From assembly GCA_043778225.1 (NCBI GenBank), contig JAYWGM010000056.1, positions 1 to 64,000 on the forward strand: a stretch of 64,000 bases of DNA, given 5' to 3'. Below, piece by piece: positions 1-9,660 of this stretch; position 1 is the first letter of the stretch, and every line of letters begins with the position of its first letter. The notes under the pieces were generated by a model, which made no database searches, was not told where the DNA came from, and was given only the letters and a program-made list of their open reading frames with translations. The position numbers and the translations under genes were made by a program. This DNA comes from Deinococcales bacterium. Its GTDB lineage: Bacteria; Deinococcota; Deinococci; Deinococcales; JAAFIG01.

Positions 1-36
1 AAGGTTAAAAGGTTAAAAGGTTAAAAGGTTAAAGGT
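1..36. repeat. Tandem octamer repeat (GGTTAAAA)x4, truncated by window start
   Basis: aaGGTTAAAAGGTTAAAAGGTTAAAAGGTTAAAGGT read directly; same unit family recurs at 11721-11798. Confidence 0.9.
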
Positions 37-57
37 GGGTGGGTGCTTTCTTTGGGC

Positions 58-106
58 TTGACAAATTTGTGGCTCGAGAGTATATCTATTAACGATACAT
101 CGTTGA
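58..106 (+). promoter_or_regulatory. Promoter and probable PadR auto-operator
   Basis: TTGACA (58-63), 17 nt, TATATC (81-86); palindrome AACGAT-AC-ATCGTT (91-104) just upstream of the AAGGAG RBS. Confidence 0.55.
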
Positions 107-116
107 AAGGAGTAGT

Positions 117-494
117 ATGCCCCCGAAGCCCACCGAAGGACCACCACTCACACCCGCCGCCTTTCATATTCTGCTGTCGCTGGCTGAAAACGAGCAACAT
201 GGGTACGGCATTATTAAAACCGTTCTCGAGCGCTCAAATGGCGAAGTCAATTTAGGACCCGGTACGCTGTATGGGAACCTCAAGCGCTTTATAGACCTCG
301 CTTGGATTGAAGAACTCGAGGCTCGCCCAGCCAAAGATTTGGATGACGAACGGCGCAGGTATTACCGCCTGACCAAACACGGTGTCCGGATTGCCGAACT
401 CGAGGCAGAACGCCTAGAAAGCCTAGTGCGCTTGGCTCGAGCCGCTAAATTGTTGCCCAACAGCGTTATGACCATCAAACGGGAGGTTGCATGA
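117..494 (+). CDS. PadR family transcriptional regulator
   Basis: HGYGI...LGPGTLYGNLKR...RRRYYRLT motifs; AAGGAG RBS. Confidence 0.92.
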   Translation: MPPKPTEGPPLTPAAFHILLSLAENEQHGYGIIKTVLERSNGEVNLGPGTLYGNLKRFIDLAWIEELEARPAKDLDDERRRYYRLTKHGVRIAELEAERLESLVRLARAAKLLPNSVMTIKREVA

Positions 495-1291
495 AACTCG
501 AGACTTGGATGTACAAGCAAGCCCTAGAACTGTACCCAAAGGTGTACCGCGAACAATTTGGGCAGCCCATGCTCGAGACATACACGGATGGTTTGAGAGC
601 CGCAAAACTCGAGGGCGAAGTCTGGGCGTTTCATCGCCATACGACTGTTGATATGGTTAAAGGAATTTTTAAGGCAACCAAAGAGATTGAAAAACCAGAT
701 GTATTGGCTCGAGTAGCAGCGGTTTTGGCTTTTATCTATGCTTGCTATTGTTTGGTTATAAACCCACTTTTTGGCGCAAATCCACAATTTAGGTTAAAAC
801 TGAGTTTTGAGGTTATTGCACCTGTGATTCATATTATTGGGTTTATGCTTGCATTTCGTCGCCCATTTTCGGAATGGATTTACTTTGCTTTGATGTCTGT
901 GCTTGGAGCAATACGGATTTTGCTCGACTTCTATTTGGGGACTTATGACTGGTCTTTTCAAAGATTCCAGCTACCCGACCTTGTTTATCAACTTTTTGTA
1001 GTTCGTGGCTGGCTAAGCTGGGGGATGTTTTTGACACTGCCACTTTTTATTTTATTGCGCTCCAAAGAGCAAAAACGTTTAAGTAAACTATTTTGGTTTT
1101 TTCTGATGAACGCATTTGTTTGGCTTGGTTATTTGTTCGTACCAGCAAGACAAGTTCCTCGTTCGGAATTCCATATTCATGATGTTTTATTTTGGACAGC
1201 AAGTGTTACAGGAGCAATCTACTTTTTGATGTTTGCCCTAAAATTCTGGCAACGAACTCGTCCTGAACCTCGAGTTATCAAAACAACTTAA
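491..1291 (+). CDS. Membrane protein of the PadR-associated type
   Basis: N-terminal LYPxxYRxxFGxxM motif typical of PadR partner genes; about 6 hydrophobic segments; ATGA overlap with padR. Confidence 0.7.
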   Translation: MKLETWMYKQALELYPKVYREQFGQPMLETYTDGLRAAKLEGEVWAFHRHTTVDMVKGIFKATKEIEKPDVLARVAAVLAFIYACYCLVINPLFGANPQFRLKLSFEVIAPVIHIIGFMLAFRRPFSEWIYFALMSVLGAIRILLDFYLGTYDWSFQRFQLPDLVYQLFVVRGWLSWGMFLTLPLFILLRSKEQKRLSKLFWFFLMNAFVWLGYLFVPARQVPRSEFHIHDVLFWTASVTGAIYFLMFALKFWQRTRPEPRVIKTT

Positions 1292-1304
1292 ATTTGTATT
1301 CTCG

Positions 1305-1343
1305 AGAAAACTGTCAACTTATGGGTTGACAGTTTTCTTTTTT
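1305..1343 (+). terminator. Intrinsic terminator whose 3' arm also supplies the -35 box of the hicAB promoter
   Basis: AGAAAACTGTCAAC/GTTGACAGTTTTCT 14-bp stem plus T-run; TTGACA 1326-31 and TACAAT 1348-53. Confidence 0.8.
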
Positions 1344-1365
1344 CTTGTACAATCATGGTGTCAAT

Positions 1366-1572
1366 ATGAAAGTCCGAATCCTCAAGCAACTCCTAAAAGA
1401 CGCGGGATTCTCATTCAAGCGCCAAGGTAAAGGCGACCACGAAATTTGGGGCAATGAGGAAGGAATTTCTTTTCCAGTAGATGGCAGTGATGGTATGGAA
1501 ATCCCAATGGGGACATTACGGACGTATCTGAAATTGGCTGGAATTAAACTCGAGCAAAAATCAAAGAATTAA
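1366..1572 (+). CDS. hicA: HicA family toxin
   Basis: LKDAGF..KRQGKGDHEIW...EIPMGTLRTYLKLAG. Confidence 0.88.
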   Translation: MKVRILKQLLKDAGFSFKRQGKGDHEIWGNEEGISFPVDGSDGMEIPMGTLRTYLKLAGIKLEQKSKN

Positions 1573-1582
1573 CGAGGAAATC

Positions 1583-2077
1583 ATGAAAAAGTATTTGGCG
1601 GTTACAGCAAAAGTTATCGGAGCAGAAAATTATGTGGCTTGGTTCGCGGATGAAATTTTAGGCTTTGCAACCGCTAAGACTCGAAGTGAGGTGATTGCAA
1701 AATTGCCTGATTTATTAGCAGGTGCTTTTCTTGGAACATCAAAACGGGTTGAACCGCGCATAACATTACTCGAGGAAATAGACCCAGAAATACTTGAAGG
1801 CTCAGAACTTATAGAAACTTGTTGGGTAGAAGCTCCTCCAATCAATCCAATGGCGCAAGCCATTTTTGAGGCGATGTGCAAAAATAATATCAATTCAAAT
1901 CAATTGGCAAAACGTATGGGGATTAGCCGAGCCGCCATTTCTAAGCTAACAGACCCGACCAGAACCGCGCCGTATCAACTTGATACCTTAGAGCGAATCG
2001 CTGCCGCACTTGACATGGAACTCGAGCTTCCTAAGTTTTTGCCAAGAACATCATCTCCAAGTTTTGCCACCACGTAA
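1583..2077 (+). CDS. hicB: HicB-like antitoxin with C-terminal XRE HTH
   Basis: Follows hicA; C-terminal QLAKRMGISRAAISKL...LDTLERIAAAL HTH. Confidence 0.75.
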   Translation: MKKYLAVTAKVIGAENYVAWFADEILGFATAKTRSEVIAKLPDLLAGAFLGTSKRVEPRITLLEEIDPEILEGSELIETCWVEAPPINPMAQAIFEAMCKNNINSNQLAKRMGISRAAISKLTDPTRTAPYQLDTLERIAAALDMELELPKFLPRTSSPSFATT

Positions 2078-2120
2078 AGATTGTCAATCCCGAACCCTCG
2101 GACGTATGCTCCTTATTCTT

Positions 2121-3665
2121 GTGGAAGGTCTTTTTATCGCTAAACAACTCGAGGAAATAGGTGCGCGGCTTCCCGCCCGTAACCTAGGTTGGGTTTTCCC
2201 CAACGAAACCACCGCCGCCGTACTGCTCGAGGATGCAAACCGTAAAATTCTAAATCTGGTTCTCGAGTATAAAGCCCCAAGCCCAACGCTTTACATCAGC
2301 CCATCCAAACTCGAGGGTGATGCCCGAAATGCCTTTCAACGGGCGCTCGAGGGTAAAGTTAAAGGCGATTTACTCAGTGTGCAGCAATTAAAACTTGACC
2401 GAGTAATCATGCTCGAGTTTGGTCTTGGGACTGGTTTTGTGGGTTCGGAGGCTGCCAGATTACTGTTTGAATTAACGGGGCGCAATGCCAATTTACTGAT
2501 TCTTGAGGCAATAGGGGAGAGCCAGTTTTCTGGCAAAATCCAAATCGCGGCTCGAGAAATTACCAATGCCCGTAATCGTTTCCGTACCATTCGTTCTGGT
2601 GGTTTGTACAGTCCGCCACCGCCGTATCAAAAACTCGACCCGCGAATCAGTACCGACCAAGAACTTAGAGCGGCACTCGAGGGAAAACCAATTTCTGCAT
2701 GGAGTAAAGTTGTCGATGGACTCGGCACGACGCTTTTGCGTGAACTCGAGCATCGGTTTGACCAAACTGGCGATGTGGTGCTGGCGCTGCGCGATTTGGT
2801 GGCAAACCCGAGTTTATCATCCGAAGAATCCTTGTCCGACCAAGCCCGAGACCGCACAAGGCTCGAGCGACTGACCGAATTGCGTAAAACCTTGCGTGAA
2901 CCGCTCGAGAAACGCCTAAAATTGCTCGAGAAACAGTCTGAGGACTTGCGCCGAGCCGAAGAAAATGCACTGGCTGCGCTCGAGTGGCGTGAGTCTGCCG
3001 AGACGTTGCTGGCATACAGCCGTGATGTACCAAGTGGTGCAAATTCCGTGACGCTGCCTAGTTTGTATGGCGAAGGCACAGTCAGTATTGCCCTCGAGCC
3101 AGATTTAAGTGCTGCCCAAAATGCCAATAAACTCTTTGCCAAAGCCAAACGCCGCGAGGAAGTCTTAGAAAAACTCCTGACTCGAGAACCAGAACGGGCT
3201 GCTCAAAGGTTGCAAATCGCCACATTGCTGGCAGAAGTCCAAACGGCAACTGACACGCGCTTACGGAGCTTACTTGGGGTTCACAGCCCAAATCCCGAAG
3301 CGCCCCCAACTGTTGGAATGCGCTACCGAACCTCGAACGGTCTCGAGGTGTTGGTTGGGCGCAACTCCAAGGAAAACGAGCTTCTGACCCACCGAATTGC
3401 CAAAAGCGCCGATATTTGGTTTCACGTGCAGGGTTATCCGGGGTCGCACGTGATTCTGCGTGGGGCAAACAAAGAAATCCCGTTTGCTGATATTCTCGAG
3501 GCTGCCAGTATTGCCGCGTGGTTTTCTAAAGCCCGTGGCAGCACCAGCATTGCCGTGGATTACTTATTTGCCAAGCACGTCTGGCGACCTAAGGGCGCGA
3601 GGGCTGGGGCGGTACATTTTTCGCATCAGAAAACCGTAGTTGTTGAACCTGTATTGCCATCGTAG
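2121..3665 (+). CDS. rqcH: Rqc2/NFACT (fibronectin-binding protein A-like) ribosome quality control protein
   Basis: DRVI.LEF, ELTGRNANL, VGRNSKENELL, WFHVQGYPGSHV motifs; GTG start inferred at 2121. Confidence 0.88.
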   Translation: MEGLFIAKQLEEIGARLPARNLGWVFPNETTAAVLLEDANRKILNLVLEYKAPSPTLYISPSKLEGDARNAFQRALEGKVKGDLLSVQQLKLDRVIMLEFGLGTGFVGSEAARLLFELTGRNANLLILEAIGESQFSGKIQIAAREITNARNRFRTIRSGGLYSPPPPYQKLDPRISTDQELRAALEGKPISAWSKVVDGLGTTLLRELEHRFDQTGDVVLALRDLVANPSLSSEESLSDQARDRTRLERLTELRKTLREPLEKRLKLLEKQSEDLRRAEENALAALEWRESAETLLAYSRDVPSGANSVTLPSLYGEGTVSIALEPDLSAAQNANKLFAKAKRREEVLEKLLTREPERAAQRLQIATLLAEVQTATDTRLRSLLGVHSPNPEAPPTVGMRYRTSNGLEVLVGRNSKENELLTHRIAKSADIWFHVQGYPGSHVILRGANKEIPFADILEAASIAAWFSKARGSTSIAVDYLFAKHVWRPKGARAGAVHFSHQKTVVVEPVLPS

Positions 3666-3674
3666 ACTCGAGAT

Positions 3675-4124
3675 GTGAATGCAAAGTATGTCCATACGAA
3701 TTTAGTAGCTGCCAATTGGCGTGTTCTTGCCAATTTTTACGAAACAGTTTTTGGTTGTGTGCCAGTGCCGCCAGAACGGGATTACGCAGGGGTGCAATTT
3801 GATGCACTTGCCAATCTAAATGGTGCAAGGCAACGCGGTATGCACTTGCGTTTGCCGGGCTTTACCCAAGATGCGCCAACCTTAGAAATTTTCCAGTACG
3901 AACCGAGTCTCGAGAAACCCGAAACCAAAGTCAATCGGCAAGGCTTTGGGCATATTGCTTTTGCTGTAGACGATGTGCAAGCTGCCTTAGAACTTGTCCT
4001 CGAGCATGGTGGCGGTCAAGTTGGTGAGCTTGTGACCCTGACTCGAGCCGACGGGCAGCAAGTTATATTGGTTTATGCCACTGACCCAGAAGGAAATGTG
4101 ATTGAATTACAACACTGGTCGTGA
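3675..4124 (+). CDS. VOC/glyoxalase family protein
   Basis: HTNL, HIAFAVDD, DPEGNVIEL; leaderless TAGACT-N6-GTG. Confidence 0.88.
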   Translation: MNAKYVHTNLVAANWRVLANFYETVFGCVPVPPERDYAGVQFDALANLNGARQRGMHLRLPGFTQDAPTLEIFQYEPSLEKPETKVNRQGFGHIAFAVDDVQAALELVLEHGGGQVGELVTLTRADGQQVILVYATDPEGNVIELQHWS

Positions 4125-4143
4125 TTTCTGCTACACTCAAAGT

Positions 4144-4398
4144 ATGATTCTTCGTAGTTTTTCAATTCGTGGTTACATTGATGCGGCGTTGCAGTTAGCA
4201 CATTATGAAACTGATGAAAACGGGATGGTTGTGGCAGAAGTACCAAATGCACCGGGATTTTTTTCAGAAGGTAAGAGTGTCGAAGAAGCGCGTCGTGAAC
4301 TGGCTGATGCAATAGAGGGAAATATAGTTTTGGCTTTGCAATTAAATCGTGAAATTCCTGTGCTTCCGGGCGTTCATATTGAGGAGCAGGTTGCCTAA
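4144..4398 (+). CDS. hicB: HicB family antitoxin
   Basis: VAEVPNAPGFFSEGKSVEEARRELADA; leaderless TACACT-N6-ATG. Confidence 0.85.
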   Translation: MILRSFSIRGYIDAALQLAHYETDENGMVVAEVPNAPGFFSEGKSVEEARRELADAIEGNIVLALQLNREIPVLPGVHIEEQVA

Positions 4399-4615
4399 GG
4401 TTTCGCCACTTAAAAGCCTCGAGATTATTCAAAAGTTGCGAACTTTGGGTTATGAAGGACCATTTGCGGGTGGGCGACATATGCACATGGTTCATCCAGA
4501 TAAGCACTTTCCAATAATCCCAATTCCAATGCACCCAGGCGATATTGGGGTTGGGTTAATTCGTAAAATTATCCGAGATGTTGGAATTACGCCGCTTCAA
4601 TGGCTAGATTTATAG
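4391..4615 (+). CDS. hicA: HicA family toxin (hicBA order)
   Basis: GGRHMHM...IPMH..DIGVGLIRKIIRDVG; TTG start after GAGGAG. Confidence 0.85.
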   Translation: MPKVSPLKSLEIIQKLRTLGYEGPFAGGRHMHMVHPDKHFPIIPIPMHPGDIGVGLIRKIIRDVGITPLQWLDL

Positions 4616-4616
4616 T

Positions 4617-5588
4617 TTAGTAACTCCAAGTCAGCGCCGCCGCACTCCACGCTAAGCCGCCACCAAAGCCAACCAGCACAATTTTATCACCGCGTTTAAT
4701 CAGCCCATTGTCCAGCCCATGCTCGAGCGCCAAGGGTATGGTTGCCGCACTGTTGTTGGCATGGCGCTCAATGCTGACCACAAATTTACTTGGCTCGAGC
4801 TTTAAGCGCTCGCTGGCAGCCTCGATAATTCGGGCATTGGCTTGGTGCGGCACGATTCGGTCGACTTCTGAAAGTCTCCAACCTGCATTTTTGACCACCT
4901 GTAAAATCGCTTCGGGCATGATGCGCGTGGCAAACTTAAAAACCTCGCGCCCATTTTGCACCACAAAAGGCTCGAGCGGTTCGCCAGTCGGTAGGCGTTT
5001 ACCCAGTGCGCCCGAGTGTAAAAACTTTGCGCCACTTCCGTCTGCGCCCCAATAAAATCCAGCAAAGCCGTAACCATCTGGTACGGTCTCGAGAATGGCT
5101 GCCCCAGCGCCGTCGCCAAACAGTACCGCCGTGTTGCGGTCATACCAATTGACAATTTTAGAAAAAGTTTCTGCGCCAATCACCAGCACCTTTTGGCTCG
5201 TTCCAGCCACAATTTGCGCTCTTGCAACATTGAGCGCATACACCCAGCCAGCGCAGGCAACCATAATGTCAAAGGCGGCAGCTTTTAAGCCAAACTGAGT
5301 TTGCACCAGTGCGGCGGTGCTTGGGAAATAAGCATCTGGCGTGGCGGTTGCCACAATCACCAAGTCTATGCCCTCGAGTACACCCGCGCCGTGTTTTTTG
5401 ACCAGATTTTCGACGGCACGAATTGCCAGATGACTGGTGAATTCGTCGTCGGCAGCAATGTGCCTCGATTTGATACCGGTGCGGCTTTGAATCCATTCAT
5501 CGGTGGTTTCCAAAGTCAGTTCAAGGTCAGTGTTGAGGAGTATCTTTTCGGGTAGGTACGTGCCAATTGCGGTCATGCCGACATTCAT
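4617..5588 (-). CDS. fabH: 3-oxoacyl-ACP synthase III
   Basis: ACAG (Cys), PHQAN, LFGDGAGA, GFGGGL motifs. Confidence 0.95.
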   Translation of the reverse strand: MNVGMTAIGTYLPEKILLNTDLELTLETTDEWIQSRTGIKSRHIAADDEFTSHLAIRAVENLVKKHGAGVLEGIDLVIVATATPDAYFPSTAALVQTQFGLKAAAFDIMVACAGWVYALNVARAQIVAGTSQKVLVIGAETFSKIVNWYDRNTAVLFGDGAGAAILETVPDGYGFAGFYWGADGSGAKFLHSGALGKRLPTGEPLEPFVVQNGREVFKFATRIMPEAILQVVKNAGWRLSEVDRIVPHQANARIIEAASERLKLEPSKFVVSIERHANNSAATIPLALEHGLDNGLIKRGDKIVLVGFGGGLAWSAAALTWSY

Positions 5589-5655
5589 AACTCGAGCCTA
5601 ACACAGTCACGAACAAGCGCTTGTACGGTTTAGGCAATTTGGACTGTGTGTAATT

Positions 5656-6042
5656 TTAGTTTTGGCAGCAATGTTTGCATTTGCCATGAAACTCTATTTT
5701 AGAACTCGAGACTTCAAACCCCTGCAAGGCTTTGGCTGCCAATGGGGTTAAATCGGGTAAAGCTATCAGCACATCAAAGACCTGTCCACAGGTATCGCAA
5801 ACAAAATGGGCATGACTCTCGAGCCGAGCATCGTAGCGGGTTGGCATTCCTGGCTGCTGGATTTGCAGCAAATGACCCTCATCCACCAGTGCCTCGAGTG
5901 AACGATAAACTGTACCGAGCGAAATACTGGGTACAATACGGCGTACTGCATCATAAATATGGGCTGCGTCGGGGTGCTGGCTGCTGTGTTGCACCACCTC
6001 GAGAACAGCTTGGCGTTGACGAGTAAAGCGGACAATTGCCAT
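5656..6042 (-). CDS. Fur family transcriptional repressor (PerR-like)
   Basis: TRQRQAVL, HPDA, ISLGTVYRSL, HAHFVCDTCG, CKHC. Confidence 0.9.
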   Translation of the reverse strand: MAIVRFTRQRQAVLEVVQHSSQHPDAAHIYDAVRRIVPSISLGTVYRSLEALVDEGHLLQIQQPGMPTRYDARLESHAHFVCDTCGQVFDVLIALPDLTPLAAKALQGFEVSSSKIEFHGKCKHCCQN

Positions 6043-6118
6043 AACTGGGTCAGTATACGAGAAAAACCTTGTGGAATGTGAACAAATCTATCTCACTTGG
6101 GTAGGTTAAACTTGGCTT

Positions 6119-6802
6119 GTGGTTGAGTTTCATCGTGTTTCACTCGAGTATCCAAGAACCCAAACCCTTGCTTTGGAGGAGATTAACCTCTCGATTAAAA
6201 AAGGGGAATTTGTCTATTTGACAGGTCATAGCGGGGCTGGTAAAAGCAGTTTTTTGGGTTTAATTATTAAAAGCATTGTGCCGAGTAAAGGGCAAGTCTA
6301 TATTGGTGGCGAATCCTTAGCCAAGTATAAAGGTGGGCGCGTGGCATATCACAGGCGGCGGATTGGTATGGTGTTTCAAGACCATTCTCTGCTTGACCAC
6401 CTCAGTGTTTATCAAAACCTCGAGTTTGCGCTTCGTATTACCGATTCGCCTCAAAAAGATTGGAATGAAAGAATTACAAATATCTTACGCACAGTTGGTT
6501 TGGCGCATAAACATAAGGTTTATCCGATTCAACTCTCACAGGGTGAGCGCCAACGGGTCGCCATTGCTCGAGCCGTGATTACCAACCCAATGCTACTTTT
6601 AGCCGATGAGCCAACTGGCAATTTAGACCCCGATGTCTCTTGGGAAATCATGGAGTTGTTAAGCGAAATTAACTTAAAAGGCACAACCATTATTTTAGCC
6701 ACCCACTCGAGGGAAATTGTCGAGCAGCAGCGCCGCCGCACGTTGACGCTGCGTAAAGGCAAATTGGTGCGCGACGACCCCAACGGCGGGTATGCCCTAT
6801 GA
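6119..6802 (+). CDS. ftsE: Cell division ATP-binding protein FtsE
   Basis: GHSGAGKS, LSQGERQRV, LADEPTGNLD; adjacent to ftsX. Confidence 0.93.
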   Translation: MVEFHRVSLEYPRTQTLALEEINLSIKKGEFVYLTGHSGAGKSSFLGLIIKSIVPSKGQVYIGGESLAKYKGGRVAYHRRRIGMVFQDHSLLDHLSVYQNLEFALRITDSPQKDWNERITNILRTVGLAHKHKVYPIQLSQGERQRVAIARAVITNPMLLLADEPTGNLDPDVSWEIMELLSEINLKGTTIILATHSREIVEQQRRRTLTLRKGKLVRDDPNGGYAL

Positions 6803-6845
6803 GGCAAACACCATGAGGCAAACACCATGAGGCAAACTGCATGAG
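6799..6845 (+). repeat. Three tandem 14-bp units ATGAGGCAAAC(ACC/TGC) between ftsE and ftsX
   Basis: Units at 6799, 6813 and 6827, followed by ATGAG at 6841. Confidence 0.92.
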
Positions 6846-7725
6846 TTACCATTTACGCCAAGCATGGCTGGCTTTTCGTGCCAACATCACGGCTGGGGCA
6901 GCCACTTTATCGACCATGACTTTAACTTTAACGCTTTTGGCACTGGTGGCTTTAGTCACGATTAACCTCGAGACGATTGTGCGTGGACTCGAGAAAGATG
7001 TCCAGATTACAGCCTTTCTTGCCCCAGCCGAAAACGCCGCCCTTGGAAAAATTCAGGGCGAGGTGGTGCTGACCCAACTCTCGAAAATATCGGGCATCGA
7101 AGGCTCAGAATTTATCAGTAAAGCCCAAGCCTTTGAAAAACTCAAAGCCGAATATGCTTCGCTCGAGGGTGCAAGTAAGTTAATCGAAAATCCCTTAACC
7201 GACAGAATTGTTGTTCGGGTGGTCAATCCGCGTAACGTCGAAGAAATCGCCAACCAAATTAAAACCATTGTTGGGGTCAGTCAACTCGAGTACGGGGCAG
7301 ACTTTGTGAATACAGTTTTAGCCACCCTCGAGACGGTGCGAAATGTTGGCTATGCTTTGGTGCTGTTGCTGGTCTTAAATACGCTCTTAAATATCCTCAA
7401 TACCATTCGGGTGGCGATGTTTGCCCGCCGCGACGAAATCCAAGTGATGCGAATGATTGGCGCGACCCGAGGTTTTATCCGCGCTCCGTATGTACTTGAG
7501 GGCTTGGCGTTAGCGCTGCTGGCTTCGTTGCTGACAACCGCAATTGTTTTTCCGGCGTACTCGGCGATTTCGGGGCAAGTTTCGGAACTTGTGCCATTTG
7601 TGCCAATTATCAAAGACCCACTCTTGGTTTTACAAGTCTTAGGCTTGATTACTTTATTGGGAGTCACCTTGGGCTTACTGGGCAGTGTTTGGGCAGCCAA
7701 CCGCTACCTGCGCGAAGCCGAATAA
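6841..7725 (+). CDS. ftsX: Cell division permease FtsX
   Basis: NTIRVAMFARRDEIQVMRMIGATRGFIRAPYVLEG; 4 TM segments. Confidence 0.93.
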   Translation: MSYHLRQAWLAFRANITAGAATLSTMTLTLTLLALVALVTINLETIVRGLEKDVQITAFLAPAENAALGKIQGEVVLTQLSKISGIEGSEFISKAQAFEKLKAEYASLEGASKLIENPLTDRIVVRVVNPRNVEEIANQIKTIVGVSQLEYGADFVNTVLATLETVRNVGYALVLLLVLNTLLNILNTIRVAMFARRDEIQVMRMIGATRGFIRAPYVLEGLALALLASLLTTAIVFPAYSAISGQVSELVPFVPIIKDPLLVLQVLGLITLLGVTLGLLGSVWAANRYLREAE

Positions 7726-7744
7726 AATAGACTACACTCTTGTC

Positions 7745-8326
7745 ATGACTGCCATTCTCGAGAAACCTAAAGCCAACCTCGAGCCACACCGTTTTACGGT
7801 TGCCGAGTATCATCGTATTTACGAATCTGGAGTATTGCCAGCCCAACCGCGCAGTCAATTGATTCAAGGAGAAATTTATTTTATGGCAGCCATGAATAAA
7901 GCACATTTTGATGCTTTACGAATTTTGAATCGAATCTTGCTCAGAGCTTACGGTGGGTTGACTGAACTTTCTGGACAAGCACCAATCAGTGTTTGGGATA
8001 CTTCTGAACCAGAGCCTGATTTTGCGCTGCTGCGGGCTGATTATCCTGGTGGAATTCCTGAGGCTAGAGATGTGCTGTTGGTGATTGAAGTCAGTGACTC
8101 GAGTCTCAAATTTGATCGTGAAAAGAAAATGCCAGAGTATGCCCGTTCGGGCATTCCTGAAGCCTGGATACTTAATCTCGAGGAGCGCCAACTCGAGGTT
8201 TACCGTCAGCCAAGTGGGACAAAATATTTGCAATTGCAAATTTTGCTAGATGCCATGCCAGTCGCGCCGCTCTTTGCGCCAGAGGTTTTTTTAGACTGGT
8301 TTATAGCGCTCGAGGAGAAAAAATGA
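7745..8326 (+). CDS. Uma2 family (PDDEXK) putative endonuclease
   Basis: HRFTVAEYHR, SEPEPD, LVIEVSDSSLKFDR..K..EYARSGIPEAW; leaderless TACACT-N6-ATG. Confidence 0.9.
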   Translation: MTAILEKPKANLEPHRFTVAEYHRIYESGVLPAQPRSQLIQGEIYFMAAMNKAHFDALRILNRILLRAYGGLTELSGQAPISVWDTSEPEPDFALLRADYPGGIPEARDVLLVIEVSDSSLKFDREKKMPEYARSGIPEAWILNLEERQLEVYRQPSGTKYLQLQILLDAMPVAPLFAPEVFLDWFIALEEKK

Positions 8327-9660
8327 AAAAAATAGTTCTACCAATTTTCTTATCCCTGCTGGCGTTGGTTGGTGCATTGGCACAAACCAGCAGCCCACAA
8401 CTCGAGCAACTGCAACGCGATTTGCGCGAGCAGCAGCGTATTCGTAATCTGCAAAGCTCCAGAGCCAACAGCCTAGCCCGAGACGTAGCAGATTTAACCA
8501 CTCAAGAACGCGCCCTCAATGCTCGAGTCAAAGCCCTAAATTTGCGCCTGACCAAACTCGAGTCGGAGCGTGCCAGCACCCAAGTGCAACTTGCCAAAAC
8601 CGAAGATAAAAGCCAGAGTCTATCTTTAGAAATACAAATGCTCGAGGAAAAAATCAGTTATGGCAAAGCACAACTCTCCAAGCTGATCAGCACCCTCGAC
8701 CGTGAACGCAGTCGGCGCTATGTGCGGCTGATGGTGCGAGCCGAAAATGCTTTTGATTTGGCGGTCAAAGCCAAAGACTTAGATGTGATTCAAGATGTGA
8801 ATCTCAATGTGATTGATGAACTGAACACCAATTCGGCGCTGCTCTCGAGTAAAAATGTTGAGTACCTTGGGGTGATTGCCAAACTCAATCAGTACCAGCG
8901 AATGCTTGAGCGTAAAAAAATTGAAATCACCCAAAACCGCACAAAACTCAATGCCAGCATTATAGATTTACAAAAAACCCGAGCCGGACGTAAAGCCTTG
9001 CAATTGCAAGCCCTGCAAGGCGCTCAGGCTGCCAGTGCCAGTGCCTCGAGTATTTATTTCAATATGGTCTCCGAGCGCCAACGCCTGACCGAAATTCGCC
9101 GTCAACGGGCATTGGAAGCCCAGCGTTTACGTGAAGCCGCCGCCCAGCGCCAACGCGAAGAAAATGCTCGGATTGCCCGAATTCGTGACCAGAAAGCCCG
9201 AGAACGTGCCGCCGCCCTTGAAGAGCAGCGCCAGGCTCGAGTCGAAGTCCAGATTGCTCGAGTCGAGCCGATTGCTCTGCCAAGCAATGTCTCGAGCTTT
9301 ATTTTTCCGATGCCAGGTGGCAACATCGCTGCCGATTTTGGCTCCGAAGGCAACGATTACTTAACAATTCGCGGTGCAGCCGGTGGAGCAGTCACGTCAG
9401 CTGCCGATGGGACAGTTTCTCGAGTCACCAGCATTGGGGCAAATTATGGGTATTTTGTGGTGATTGCCCACACCAGCGATTTAACCAGCCTGATTACCTA
9501 TTATGGCAATTTGCAGTATCCAATTGTTGAAGTCGGACAAAATATCCGTGCTGGGCAAGTGATTGGTAATGTTGGGGGCGGGGCATTATTCGCCAACGAC
9601 GAACTGCATTTTTATGTGGCACGCAATGGCAACAATGTTGACCCTAGACCATATTTATAA
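8323..9660 (+). CDS. envC: EnvC-like murein hydrolase activator (coiled coil plus degenerate M23 domain)
   Basis: Signal peptide, long coiled coil, M23 fold lacking the HxxxD and YxH ligands (GNDYLTI, YYGNL); in the ftsEX locus. Confidence 0.8.
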   Translation: MKKIVLPIFLSLLALVGALAQTSSPQLEQLQRDLREQQRIRNLQSSRANSLARDVADLTTQERALNARVKALNLRLTKLESERASTQVQLAKTEDKSQSLSLEIQMLEEKISYGKAQLSKLISTLDRERSRRYVRLMVRAENAFDLAVKAKDLDVIQDVNLNVIDELNTNSALLSSKNVEYLGVIAKLNQYQRMLERKKIEITQNRTKLNASIIDLQKTRAGRKALQLQALQGAQAASASASSIYFNMVSERQRLTEIRRQRALEAQRLREAAAQRQREENARIARIRDQKARERAAALEEQRQARVEVQIARVEPIALPSNVSSFIFPMPGGNIAADFGSEGNDYLTIRGAAGGAVTSAADGTVSRVTSIGANYGYFVVIAHTSDLTSLITYYGNLQYPIVEVGQNIRAGQVIGNVGGGALFANDELHFYVARNGNNVDPRPYL

